40,757 nt of DNA. Source: Rhodobacterales bacterium CG15_BIG_FIL_POST_REV_8_21_14_020_59_13 (GTDB lineage: Bacteria; Pseudomonadota; Alphaproteobacteria; Caulobacterales; Maricaulaceae). Below are positions 10,231 to 19,846 of the stretch, piece by piece. Numbering within the stretch: position 1 is the first letter of the stretch; every line of letters begins with the position of its first letter. The notes under the pieces were generated by a model that was given only the letters and a program-made list of their open reading frames with translations, had not been told where the DNA came from and ran no database searches. Position numbers and translations under genes: made by a program. Where the stretch lies: the NCBI GenBank assembly GCA_002783385.1, contig PFFX01000158.1, positions 1 to 40,757 on the forward strand, in the 5' to 3' direction.

Positions 10231-12488
10231 GTGGTAAAGACAAATCCGAAATAACCGGATTGACGCGTGAGGCGCTGATTGAAGCCATCCGGCTGGGCCG
10301 GGGTGAGTTTGGAAAACGCGAAATAGCGCGCGCGCTCCGCCTGAAGGGCGATGACAAGATTGCGCTCAAATTCTTGCTGCGGGAAATGCAGGACGAAGGC
10401 ATCATCCGCAAGGAAGGCCGCAATGGTTTCGCCCTCACAGAAGCCCTGCCCAGCGTCATGGTCGTCGTCATCCATGATCGCGATACAGATGGCGAATTGC
10501 TCGCCCGCCCCGAGAAATCACGCGATGAACCGCCGATGATCCGGCTCGCCCCCGGAGAAGGCGCGGGCGGCCACGGCAGCGCAGCCCTCGGCGTCGGTGA
10601 TCGGGCGCTGGTTCGCCTGATCCCGGAAGACGATGGCAGCTATGAAGCCCGCCTCATCCGCAAGCTGGGCCAGAGCGCCCACAAGATTCTATGCGTGCTC
10701 TCCAAGGGCAAGGGCGCGCCGCGTCTGAAGCCTGTGGACCGCCGCAGCCGTCACGAACTGGTCCCGGCAAAGGGCGAAGCGGAAAAAGCCAAGGATGGCG
10801 ACCTCGTGCTGTGCCGTATCGGCAAGGAGCACCGCCACGGCTTGAAATCCGCCATTATCGAAGAGGTCGTTGGCGATGCGAAATCGCCCGGCGCGGGCAG
10901 TCTGATTGCCCTCCACTCTCATGGCATCGAGACCGGCTTCAAGGACGAAGAACTGGCCGAAGTCGCCAAACTCAAACCCGCCACAATGGGCGAGCGGACC
11001 GATTTGCGCGATATTCCGCTGATCACCATCGATCCCGAAGATGCGCGCGACCATGATGATGCTGTCTGGGCTGCAGCCGATGACGATCCCAGAAATGAAG
11101 GCGGTTGGGTAGTGCTGGTCGCCATCGCCGATGTTTCGGCTTACGTTACATCGGGATCGGCGCTGGATAAGGGCGCACTGCGCCGCGGCAATTCCACCTA
11201 TCTCCCGGACCGGGTCGTGCCCATGCTGCCCGAACGCCTGTCGAATGATCTTTGTTCGCTGCGCGAAAAAGAGGAACGCCCGTGCCTGGCCGTCAGGATG
11301 GTGTTCGACAAGGATGGCAACAAGCGGTCTCACGCCTTTATTCGCGGCTGGATGCGGTCGGCCGCCAAGCTGGCCTATGGTGAAGCGCAGGACGCCATTG
11401 ATGGCCGTGACAGCCCAAAGGGTGAGCCACTCCTCGAAGACGTTCTGAAGCCACTCTGGGGCGCTTACAGGGCTCTTTCGGCCGCACGCGAACGCCGGGG
11501 GGCGCTGGAAATCGACGCGCCGGAGCGCCGTGTGCGCGTCGGCGAGGATGGCAAGGTTGCGGATATCGAAACCCGCGAGCGCTTCGATGCACACAAACTG
11601 ATCGAAGAATGCATGATCCAGGCGAATGTCTGCGCCGCTGAAACGCTGGAGCACAAAGGCCGACCGCTGATTTATCGTGCCCACGAGCCGCCCAGTCTGG
11701 AAAAACTGGATGCCCTAGCTGACTTCCTGCAGACCATTGATATGAAATGGTCGCGCGGTGAAGCACCGCGTCCCGACAGGTTCAACCGCTTGCTCGAACA
11801 GGCTAAGGGTGGCGATCACTATGAGACCGTCAATGAAGTTGTTCTGCGGTCGCAGTCACAAGCCGTCTATTCCACAGAAAATCCGGGTCATTACGGGCTG
11901 AATCTGCGCAAATATGCGCACTTCACCTCCCCCATACGGCGCTATGCCGACCTTACTGTCCACCGGGCACTTATCCGCGCCTGCAAGCTGGGCAAGGATG
12001 GTCAGACCGATGCCGAGGCAAGCCAGCTTGACGCCATAGCCGAAGATATCACTGCACTTGAGCGCCGCGCCATGGCTGCCGAACGGGACGCGACTGACCG
12101 CTTTATCGCGCTTTATCTGGCCGAACAGGTCGGGACAGAGTTTGAAGGCCGCATCACCGGGGTTACCCGTTTCGGGCTTTTCGTACGCCTGCATGCAACA
12201 GGCGCTGACGGTCTCATCCCGATCAGCCGTCTGGGCGATGAGCGCTTCATTCACGATGAAGCCCTGCATGCCCTGATCGGACAGCATTCCCGCAATATGT
12301 ACAGGCTGGGACGGTCTGTGACAGTCCGCCTCGAAGAAGCCACACCGGTCACGGGCGGCCTCCTTTTCGAGATGCTGACACCGCCGGAAAAAGGGCCGCG
12401 CCATTCACCTCGCGGAGGTGGCAAGCCTCAGAACCGGCCGCAATCAAGTTTCAAGCGGCAACCGCGCAAAAAGAGCCGCCGCAGATGA
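10227..12488 (+). CDS. rnr: ribonuclease R
   Basis: ITIDPEDARDHDDA, HFTSPIRRYADL, C-terminal S1 domain and basic tail; GTGA overlap with topA. Confidence 0.96.
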   Translation: MSGKDKSEITGLTREALIEAIRLGRGEFGKREIARALRLKGDDKIALKFLLREMQDEGIIRKEGRNGFALTEALPSVMVVVIHDRDTDGELLARPEKSRDEPPMIRLAPGEGAGGHGSAALGVGDRALVRLIPEDDGSYEARLIRKLGQSAHKILCVLSKGKGAPRLKPVDRRSRHELVPAKGEAEKAKDGDLVLCRIGKEHRHGLKSAIIEEVVGDAKSPGAGSLIALHSHGIETGFKDEELAEVAKLKPATMGERTDLRDIPLITIDPEDARDHDDAVWAAADDDPRNEGGWVVLVAIADVSAYVTSGSALDKGALRRGNSTYLPDRVVPMLPERLSNDLCSLREKEERPCLAVRMVFDKDGNKRSHAFIRGWMRSAAKLAYGEAQDAIDGRDSPKGEPLLEDVLKPLWGAYRALSAARERRGALEIDAPERRVRVGEDGKVADIETRERFDAHKLIEECMIQANVCAAETLEHKGRPLIYRAHEPPSLEKLDALADFLQTIDMKWSRGEAPRPDRFNRLLEQAKGGDHYETVNEVVLRSQSQAVYSTENPGHYGLNLRKYAHFTSPIRRYADLTVHRALIRACKLGKDGQTDAEASQLDAIAEDITALERRAMAAERDATDRFIALYLAEQVGTEFEGRITGVTRFGLFVRLHATGADGLIPISRLGDERFIHDEALHALIGQHSRNMYRLGRSVTVRLEEATPVTGGLLFEMLTPPEKGPRHSPRGGGKPQNRPQSSFKRQPRKKSRRR

Positions 12489-13153
12489 CGGCGGTGCCTG
12501 AGAAATCACTCAGGCCCAAGCTGGCGGGAACGCTCATTCTGACCCGGCAGTCAAAGCGCGGCCAGGAAATCCTGATGGGCAAGCGTTCGACACGCCATGT
12601 CTTCATGCCGGAACAATATGTCTTTCCCGGCGGCCGCGTCGATCGTGCCGACAGCTATGCGCCCCTGGCGGGAATGATTAAAGGCGAGGACCTCGCCTGC
12701 ATGTGCCGGGTCATGCCGGAGCGCCGCGCCCGTGCCGCCGCAGCCGCCGCGATTCGCGAAACGGCCGAAGAGGCAGGCTATCTGGTCGGCTGTGAGGGAA
12801 AGGTAACATCGCGCCATCCCAACTGGGCCGCATTCCGCAAATCCGGTATCCAGCCGGATGCAACCCCGCTTCGCCTGATCGCTCGTGCCATCACCCCGCC
12901 GCGCCGCGTCCGCCGCTTTGATGCCTGGTTTTTCCAGGCCGATGCTGATGAGGCCGTGGTCGGCATTATAAGCTGCGAGACAGACGAACTGACAGATGTC
13001 CGCTGGGTCACAAGCGCAGAAGCAGAAGCCCTACCCCTGCCGCATGTGACACGCTTTGTTCTGGGCGAGCTCGACCGGCGGCAGGCAGACCCTGAAAAAC
13101 GTCCGCGTCATATCCGCGAATTGGCAAGACGGATGCGGATTGATCCGTTATAG
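12485..13153 (+). CDS. NUDIX hydrolase
   Basis: YVFPGGRVD...AAIRETAEEAG nudix box, RAITPP...RRFD. Confidence 0.9.
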   Translation: MTAVPEKSLRPKLAGTLILTRQSKRGQEILMGKRSTRHVFMPEQYVFPGGRVDRADSYAPLAGMIKGEDLACMCRVMPERRARAAAAAAIRETAEEAGYLVGCEGKVTSRHPNWAAFRKSGIQPDATPLRLIARAITPPRRVRRFDAWFFQADADEAVVGIISCETDELTDVRWVTSAEAEALPLPHVTRFVLGELDRRQADPEKRPRHIRELARRMRIDPL

Positions 13154-13162
13154 CCGCGAGCG

Positions 13163-14341
13163 ATGTTTTCCGACTGGCTCCTCCACGAGCGGCATGGCCG
13201 CCTGCGGTCGCTCATCGCGGCCATCATCTGCGCATCGCTTTGCGGCTCCGGATTTACGTTGCTCATGCCCGTCATGGCGCTCAATCTGGAGGCAATGACG
13301 GGCTCGGGCCTGATTGTCGGCTTGAATGGAGCGGCCGCCGCTTTGTCCACTATCGCGGTCACGCCGTTTATACCGAGATTACTGTCGCGCTATGCTGGGC
13401 GGTCCCTGATCATCCGCAGTCTGGTCTTTACCGCGCTCTGCATTCCGCTTTTTCCCCTGATTCCAAATGTGATCGTCTGGTTTGGCCTGCGTTTTGCGAT
13501 GGGGCTCAGCATCACCATTATTTTTGTGTCGTCAGAAACCTGGATCAACCAGATCGCACCGGCGGAAAAACGCGCGACCATTCTTGGTCTTTATGCCACA
13601 GCGCTGGCCTCGGGCTTTGGCGCAGGCGGACTGCTGCTCGCGGCTCTGGGCTCTTCCGGACCCGGCCCATGGATCGCGGGCTTCTGCCTGTTTTCCATCG
13701 GAACCCTGCCCATCATTTTCCTGCGGGGTCCGGGCATTGCACAACCCGATGCCGAATCGGCCAGCTTCAAGGCGATGATCCGAGCCGCGGGATATGCGCC
13801 GGCTGCTATTGGAGCCGGGCTGTTGTTTGGTGCCACTGAAACCATCTTTTTCTCGCTTTTCCCGGTTTATGGCGAACGCATCGGCCTGCTGGATTCCTCC
13901 ATCGGGTTCATGATGGCGGCAGGTGCGCTCGGCGGTATTGCCCTGCAAACACCCCTTGGCCGGCTGGCTGACCATGCCGGCCGGCTTCGGATCACCGTTT
14001 TGGCAACCATCGTCTGTATTATCGGACCGGGTCTGATTTTTCTGGCAGGAGCCAATACGCTGGCCCTCTATGCTGTCATGTTCGCCTATGTCGGCACGGC
14101 AACCGGCATGTATACGCTGGGTCTGGCAATGATTGGCGAGCGCTTTGATGGCGGATCAATGGCGGCCGCCAACGCCGCTTTTGTGATGGCCTATGGTGTG
14201 GGATCGCTCATAGGTCCGGCGGCGGGCGGTGTGGGTATGGATGCCATGAATCCGCAAGGTGTGCTGGGGGTGACCAGCGGCATCGCGGTCATCTACCTTG
14301 TGTTTCTGGCCATGCGGCCTATACAGCTTAGACCCGCTTGA
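13163..14341 (+). CDS. MFS transporter (YcaD-like)
   Basis: About 12 hydrophobic segments; SETWINQ and GRLADHAGR motifs. Confidence 0.88.
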   Translation: MFSDWLLHERHGRLRSLIAAIICASLCGSGFTLLMPVMALNLEAMTGSGLIVGLNGAAAALSTIAVTPFIPRLLSRYAGRSLIIRSLVFTALCIPLFPLIPNVIVWFGLRFAMGLSITIIFVSSETWINQIAPAEKRATILGLYATALASGFGAGGLLLAALGSSGPGPWIAGFCLFSIGTLPIIFLRGPGIAQPDAESASFKAMIRAAGYAPAAIGAGLLFGATETIFFSLFPVYGERIGLLDSSIGFMMAAGALGGIALQTPLGRLADHAGRLRITVLATIVCIIGPGLIFLAGANTLALYAVMFAYVGTATGMYTLGLAMIGERFDGGSMAAANAAFVMAYGVGSLIGPAAGGVGMDAMNPQGVLGVTSGIAVIYLVFLAMRPIQLRPA

Positions 14342-14365
14342 CACTTTGCGGAGCGTGCGTATGTT
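14338..14365 (+). promoter_or_regulatory. putative sigma70 promoter of rpmG
   Basis: TTGACA (overlapping the MFS stop codon)-N16-TATGTT. Confidence 0.5.
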
Positions 14366-14426
14366 CCGCGCCTCTTACGACCGGGCTTTTCCGGCGTGAC
14401 CGTCGTGTGCATCAGGGAATTTCGTC

Positions 14427-14594
14427 ATGGCCAAGCCGACAACCATTAAAATCCGTCTGAACTCCACGGCGGGGACCGGCTATTTCTACGTGACCAAGAA
14501 AAACGCCCGGACCATGACCGAAAAAATGGTCGTCCGGAAATATGATCCGGTCGTCAAAAAGCACGTCGAATTCAAAGAAGGCAAAATCAAGTAG
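14427..14594 (+). CDS. rpmG: 50S ribosomal protein L33
   Basis: Not in the ORF track (55 aa). Manual translation [55 protein letters not shown]; Cys-free form. Confidence 0.97.
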   Translation: MAKPTTIKIRLNSTAGTGYFYVTKKNARTMTEKMVVRKYDPVVKKHVEFKEGKIK

Positions 14595-14613
14595 TCTGAC
14601 GACTCTTGGGCTT

Positions 14614-15990
14614 TCAGGCCGCCTGATTGGCCTTCTGATCTGACATCACACAATTCCGGCCCTCCGCCTTGGCGCGGTAGAGGGCTTCATCTGCGCGGCG
14701 CAGAACCGAATCGACATCATCCCCCGGATGGATTTCGGCAACACCGATCGAAACCGTGACGGTCAGGACACCGCCCTCACCCGGCAATCTGAAAGGTGTA
14801 TCAGCAACGACCGCCCGCAAGCGCTCAGCACCTGCTTTTGCTTCGATCAAAGGCGCATCCGGCATCAGGATCACAAACTCCTCGCCGCCATAGCGCGCTG
14901 CCAGATCAACTGCCCGCAAACGTGACTTAAGACGTTCGGAAAATTCACGCAGGATAAAGTCTCCGGCCTCGTGCCCGTAGGAATCATTGACGCGTTTGAA
15001 ATGATCAAGATCGGCGAGCACGACCGATGCCGCCGTATCGCCGGAAGCCACGATTTCCGTAACCTGTTGAAGACGTGATGAGATATAGCGCCGGTTATGC
15101 AGTCCGGTCAGCGGGTCCGTCACCGCCATTTCCAGACTGTCTTCCAGACGTTCCCGTAAGGTATCCGCATAGCGCTTGCGCCGGAGCTGGGTCCATATCC
15201 GCGCATTCAGCTCTCCCCGGTCCACCGGGCGGTGAACAATATCATTCACGCCCAGATCCAGCGCGCGCACCGAACGGCTCACCTCGTCTGGATCGACAAT
15301 CGCCAGTATCGGCATTTGCCGCGTCTCGGAATTTGCCCGGATACGCGCACAGACGCGCAAGGCATCGAATGCTTTTGTGGTCAGATCAATCAATGTCAGA
15401 TCATAACCTTCCGCCGACCGGCTGATCGCCGCTGCAGGGTCGATTTCCACCTCAACACTGACCTGTGGCGGCAGTTTGCTGCTGAGGTGGGTGGCAATGC
15501 GTTCCTCCCCGGCAATGAGCAGGATACGGACGTCCTGTAGATCATCCTCTTGAGCATCGACCGGTGCCAGGCCGCGCTCCTCGGCCTTCTCCTCGCGCAG
15601 CCGCAGTTCATCCAACAGAACTTTCAGGCGCAATAGGGAGCGGATGCGGGCAAACAGGGGAAGATTATCCACCGGCTTGGTCAGAAAGTCGTCAGCACCC
15701 GCTTCCAGACCGCGAACGCGATCGTCTGGCTGATCCAGCGCCGTGACCATGACAACCGGAATATGGCGGGTGCGGCGGTCGGATTTCAGCCGGCGGCAGG
15801 TTTCAAAACCGTCCAGTCCCGGCATCATCACATCCAGCAGGATCACGTCAGGTTGCTCACCAATGGCGCAATCAATCGCGGACTGTCCACTGAAAGCCGT
15901 CACTACGTCAAAATACTCCGCCCTCAGCTTCGCTTCGAGCAGTCGGACATTAGCTTCCTGGTCGTCAACAACGAGGACCCTGGCGCTCAT
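14614..15990 (-). CDS. pleD: PleD diguanylate cyclase response regulator
   Basis: REC-REC-GGDEF architecture; LLDVMMP, RYGGEEF, I-site RAVD; coupled to divK. Confidence 0.95.
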   Translation of the reverse strand: MSARVLVVDDQEANVRLLEAKLRAEYFDVVTAFSGQSAIDCAIGEQPDVILLDVMMPGLDGFETCRRLKSDRRTRHIPVVMVTALDQPDDRVRGLEAGADDFLTKPVDNLPLFARIRSLLRLKVLLDELRLREEKAEERGLAPVDAQEDDLQDVRILLIAGEERIATHLSSKLPPQVSVEVEIDPAAAISRSAEGYDLTLIDLTTKAFDALRVCARIRANSETRQMPILAIVDPDEVSRSVRALDLGVNDIVHRPVDRGELNARIWTQLRRKRYADTLRERLEDSLEMAVTDPLTGLHNRRYISSRLQQVTEIVASGDTAASVVLADLDHFKRVNDSYGHEAGDFILREFSERLKSRLRAVDLAARYGGEEFVILMPDAPLIEAKAGAERLRAVVADTPFRLPGEGGVLTVTVSIGVAEIHPGDDVDSVLRRADEALYRAKAEGRNCVMSDQKANQAA

Positions 15991-16364
15991 GCCGCCTCCT
16001 CACCGAGAAAGCCTCTGATCGTTTCGATGAAAACAGAAATACTGATGGGCTTGGACATATAGGCTTCACATCCGCCTTCGCGAATGCGTTCCTCATCGCC
16101 CTTCATGGCAAAAGCGGTAACAGCAATCACCGGAATCGACGACAATTCATCGTCATCCTTCAGCCATTTGGTGACTTCAAGACCGGAGACTTCGGGAAGC
16201 TGAATATCCATCAGGATAAGGTCGGGCGCATGTTCACGCGCCAGATCGAGCGCGTTCAGGCCATTATTCGTGCCAACAGTCTCGTAGCCATGCGCTTCGA
16301 GCAGATCGGAAAAGAGCTTCATATTGAGCTCATTGTCCTCGACTATGAGAACTTTTTTGGGCAT
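15987..16364 (-). CDS. divK: cell-cycle single-domain response regulator DivK
   Basis: [18 protein letters not shown]...[19 protein letters not shown]...[19 protein letters not shown]; start trimmed from the ORF track (alternative ATG at 16376). Confidence 0.95.
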   Translation of the reverse strand: MPKKVLIVEDNELNMKLFSDLLEAHGYETVGTNNGLNALDLAREHAPDLILMDIQLPEVSGLEVTKWLKDDDELSSIPVIAVTAFAMKGDEERIREGGCEAYMSKPISISVFIETIRGFLGEEAA

Positions 16365-16495
16365 GATCTGAAGCATGTCGCCGCCGCATTCCCGTCGCTT
16401 GGGCGCGTCATTGCGCACCCCGTTCCACCCGCGATGATTAGAGCAGATGATCCTTAATCAAGGATGAGTCGGTGCCGAACTTTTCTCCCTTTTCG

Positions 16496-16510
16496 GAACA
16501 AGATAAGAAC
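16496..16510 (+). promoter_or_regulatory. alphaproteobacterial LexA (SOS) box GAAC-N7-GAAC
   Basis: GAACaagataaGAAC, 36 nt upstream of the ROK-dinB operon start. Confidence 0.7.
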
Positions 16511-16546
16511 AGCAATGTTAACCATAACCCGGGCAAGGGCGGAAGC

Positions 16547-17449
16547 ATGTTTCGAATCGGAGTGGATCTGGGAGGCACCAAAACCGAAGTCGCCATTGTC
16601 GATTCGGACGGCTACACACGGTATTCCAGACGCGAACCTACGCCCAAACTTTATGACTCCAAAATCCGGCTGATCGCCGGACTGGTGAAATTGGCCGAAG
16701 ATTCTGTGGAAAGTGATTCGCTCTCTGTTGGCATTGGCCATCCCGGATCGCTTAATCCGGTCAACGGTCTGATGCGCAATTCAAACTCGGCCGAACTCAA
16801 TGGTCACCCGCTCGACAAGGACCTTGAAGCCGTACTGGGCCGTCCGGTCCGGTGTGCGAATGATGCCAACTGCTTTGCGCTCTCAGAAGCCATGGATGGC
16901 GCAGGCATAGGCGCAAAAACCATCTTTGGCGCCATCTTAGGTACCGGTGTGGGCGGCGGGCTGGTGATGAATGGCCAGATACATGAAGGACACGGCCTGC
17001 TTGGAGGCGAATGGGGCCACACCTCCTTGCCCTGGCCCTCGATTGAGGAAATTCCCGGCCCACCCTGCAAATGCGGCCTGTCCGGCTGTATCGAAAGCTG
17101 GATATCCGGACCGGCTTTCGCAGCCGATCACGCACGTGAAACGGGCAACGCGCTTCTGTCGGACCGGATTGTGGCCCTGGCTGAAGCAGATGATGCCGCC
17201 GCGAAAGCCTCGCTCGACCGGTTTCAGGACCGTCTTGCGCGTGGACTGGCGACGGTGATCAATATCGTCGACCCGGACGTGATCGTGCTTGGAGGCGGTT
17301 TGTCAAACATCCCTCACCTCGCGGAGAAAACCGAACGCCGCCTGCCAGATTACGTCTTCAGCGACCAGATGACGACGCGCGTTGTAACAAATGTGCATGG
17401 CGACAGTTCCGGCGTGCGCGGGGCCGCCTGGCTCTGGCCGCTGCGATGA
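16547..17449 (+). CDS. ROK family sugar kinase (fructokinase/Mak-like)
   Basis: IGVDLGGTK, NDANCFALSEA, GTGVGGG, GEWGH and C.CG..GC.E motifs; start at MFRIG. Confidence 0.9.
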   Translation: MFRIGVDLGGTKTEVAIVDSDGYTRYSRREPTPKLYDSKIRLIAGLVKLAEDSVESDSLSVGIGHPGSLNPVNGLMRNSNSAELNGHPLDKDLEAVLGRPVRCANDANCFALSEAMDGAGIGAKTIFGAILGTGVGGGLVMNGQIHEGHGLLGGEWGHTSLPWPSIEEIPGPPCKCGLSGCIESWISGPAFAADHARETGNALLSDRIVALAEADDAAAKASLDRFQDRLARGLATVINIVDPDVIVLGGGLSNIPHLAEKTERRLPDYVFSDQMTTRVVTNVHGDSSGVRGAAWLWPLR

Positions 17450-18708
17450 GCGCCATGCCGGGATATTGCCGGGCCTGCCTGACACCATTGGAGACCAGCG
17501 ATACCTGCCCGGCATGTGGCGCAAGGCGGCCCTTGCGCCATCCGGAGCTGAACGCATTGTCGATTGCCCATATTGACTGCGACGCCTTCTACGCCGCGAT
17601 TGAGAAACGCGACAATCCCGCGCTGGAAGACACACCGGTCATCATTGGCGGCGGAAAACGCGGCGTAGTCTCGACAGCCTGTTATGTGGCGCGGCTTTAT
17701 GGCGTAAAATCTGCCATGCCGATGTTCAAGGCCTTGAAAGCCTGCCCAGATGCCGTCGTCATCCGGCCGCGGATGGAGGTCTACGCCGAGGAAGGCCGCC
17801 ATATCCGCATGATGATGCAGGATGTCACCCCGGCTGTCGAACCCCTGTCTATTGACGAGGCCTTTCTGGACCTGACGGGTACACAGCGCCTGCATCACGC
17901 GTCGCCCGCACTGACCCTGCTGCGCCTTCAAAGACGGATACATGAAGAAGTCGGCATCACCGTGTCGGTTGGCCTCTCCTATAATAAATTCCTCGCCAAG
18001 ACGGCCTCCGACCGGGACAAGCCCAACGGATTTTTCGTGCTGGGACAGGCCGACGCACCGGATTTCCTGAAAGCCCAGCCAACCCGGGCCGTGTTCGGCG
18101 TGGGCCCGGTCTTTGCGGCCAGATTGGAGAAGGACGGTATCAAAACGCTGGCCGATGTAATCCGGGTGGGCGAAAAGACCATGGCTGTCCGCTATGGCGA
18201 TGGTGGCTACCGGCTCTCAAAGCTGGCCACAGGCGAGGACTATCGTACCGTTTCCCCCGACCGGGAACGAAAGAGCGTGTCATCGGAAACCACGTTTTTC
18301 GATGACATTTCAGATTCTGCCGAGCTGGAGTCCAGACTCTGGCAGCAATGCGTTCGTGTCGCCGATGCGGCCAAGCAGAAGAATGTCTCCGGCTATGTTG
18401 TGACGTTGAAACTGCGCACACACGACTTCAAGATCATCACCCGCCGCCGCACCCTCTCTGACCCGACACAGCTCGCTGATACCCTGTTCAGGGTCGGTCA
18501 ACAGCTTTTGAAGCCGGAAGCGAACGGCCGCAAATTCCGCCTGATCGGTATTGGTATCTCCAACCTCATTGATGGTAATCTGGACTCTATGGATTTACTG
18601 GACCCGGACGCGCCGAGACGTGCCGCCGCCGAACGCGCCATGGACAAGGCCCGCGCAAGATACGGCGATGCTGCCATCATGAAAGGCCGTGCTTTCAAGC
18701 CGAAATGA
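17446..18708 (+). CDS. dinB: DNA polymerase IV with N-terminal Cys4 motif
   Basis: HIDCDAFYA, STACYVAR, SIDEAFLD and NKFLAK motifs; ATGA overlap with the ROK gene. Confidence 0.95.
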   Translation: MSAMPGYCRACLTPLETSDTCPACGARRPLRHPELNALSIAHIDCDAFYAAIEKRDNPALEDTPVIIGGGKRGVVSTACYVARLYGVKSAMPMFKALKACPDAVVIRPRMEVYAEEGRHIRMMMQDVTPAVEPLSIDEAFLDLTGTQRLHHASPALTLLRLQRRIHEEVGITVSVGLSYNKFLAKTASDRDKPNGFFVLGQADAPDFLKAQPTRAVFGVGPVFAARLEKDGIKTLADVIRVGEKTMAVRYGDGGYRLSKLATGEDYRTVSPDRERKSVSSETTFFDDISDSAELESRLWQQCVRVADAAKQKNVSGYVVTLKLRTHDFKIITRRRTLSDPTQLADTLFRVGQQLLKPEANGRKFRLIGIGISNLIDGNLDSMDLLDPDAPRRAAAERAMDKARARYGDAAIMKGRAFKPK

Positions 18709-18767
18709 CGGGCCTCTTGCTATGAGACTGAGAGCGCGCTAGGCGAAAGGCAGAACAGGAGAATGAC

Positions 18768-19229
18768 ATGTCCGATGCTGAAAAACGATTGGCGGATCTG
18801 GGTCTGAAACTGCCGCAGGCTGCTGCACCCGTCGCCAATTACGTACCCTATGTCCGCTCCGGCAATCAGCTTTTTGTTTCTGGCCAGATTTCCAATGGCC
18901 CCGGCGGATTGGTGAAGGGCCGCCTCGGCGAGACCATGAATGTCGAACAGGGCCAGTCGGCTGCGCGCCTGTGTGCGCTCAATCTGATCGCCCAGTTAAA
19001 AGCCGCCCTTGATGGTGATTTATCGCGTCTGGTCCGCGTCGTGAAACTGGGTGGATTTGTCTGCGCCACACCGGAATTTGAAGCCATTCCCAAAGTTATA
19101 AACGGAGCCTCCGACCTCATGGTCGAGGCGTTCGGAGACGCCGGGCGACATGCCCGCTCTGCAGTCGCCTGCCCGGTATTACCGCTCGGCGCAGTGGTGG
19201 AAATCGACGCTGTTTTCGAGATTGCCTAA
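18768..19229 (+). CDS. RidA/YjgF family protein
   Basis: PVANYVP, FVSGQI, NGASDL...GRHARSAV and VEIDAVFE motifs. Confidence 0.92.
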   Translation: MSDAEKRLADLGLKLPQAAAPVANYVPYVRSGNQLFVSGQISNGPGGLVKGRLGETMNVEQGQSAARLCALNLIAQLKAALDGDLSRLVRVVKLGGFVCATPEFEAIPKVINGASDLMVEAFGDAGRHARSAVACPVLPLGAVVEIDAVFEIA

Positions 19230-19846
19230 CGCATCAGGCGGGCCTGCAATTTCCCGATGGCTACAAAGACAATGCCGGTCAGCACGAAGGTAAGGATCAG
19301 TCCCACCAGCTGAACCGCTACACCGCTATAGCCCAGCGCATTCACGTCCAGAAACGGATAGGGATAAAACCCGGTAATGGATCCCTTGATCAGCGTGTAA
19401 GCGGTATAGACGACCGGATAGACCTGCCAGGCAATGACTTGTGTAAAACGCGCCGAGCGTGCGCCAGACAGAAATAACCACTCCAAGAACACGGCCAGCG
19501 GCACAATCGTATGCAGCAAATGATTGGCATACCATTCAAGGCCTTGCGGATTGTGTATGGACGCCAGCAAGACGTGATAGATGACGCCCACCAGCACAAT
19601 ATAACCGGTGACCGCCGTTCGAACGCTGTCCCTCTGGAAAAACCGACCCATTGTTGTTTCCGACAAAAGGGCGGCGGTACCCCAGCCCGCTGCAACAAGG
19701 CAATTGGTCATGATCGTGAAATAGCTGAAATAGCGTAGGGTCGCGATTGCCAGCCCATCATCAGTGCCCCTCATGAAGGTCACGTACTGGATCAGGACCG
19801 CCACCAGTGCGGTCAGAGCGATGGCCCCTCGAACGCCCCGTATCAT
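19226..19846 (-). CDS. Pr6Pr/FAR-17a-like membrane protein
   Basis: YFSYFTIMTN, LLHTIVP and YPYPFLDV motifs; about 6 TM segments. Confidence 0.8.
   Translation of the reverse strand: MIRGVRGAIALTALVAVLIQYVTFMRGTDDGLAIATLRYFSYFTIMTNCLVAAGWGTAALLSETTMGRFFQRDSVRTAVTGYIVLVGVIYHVLLASIHNPQGLEWYANHLLHTIVPLAVFLEWLFLSGARSARFTQVIAWQVYPVVYTAYTLIKGSITGFYPYPFLDVNALGYSGVAVQLVGLILTFVLTGIVFVAIGKLQARLMR

Noticed and set aside
17131-17142. CACGTGAAAC resembling half of a parS site (given mipZ nearby)
   Set aside because: Only half of the 16-bp palindrome, and inside the ROK coding sequence
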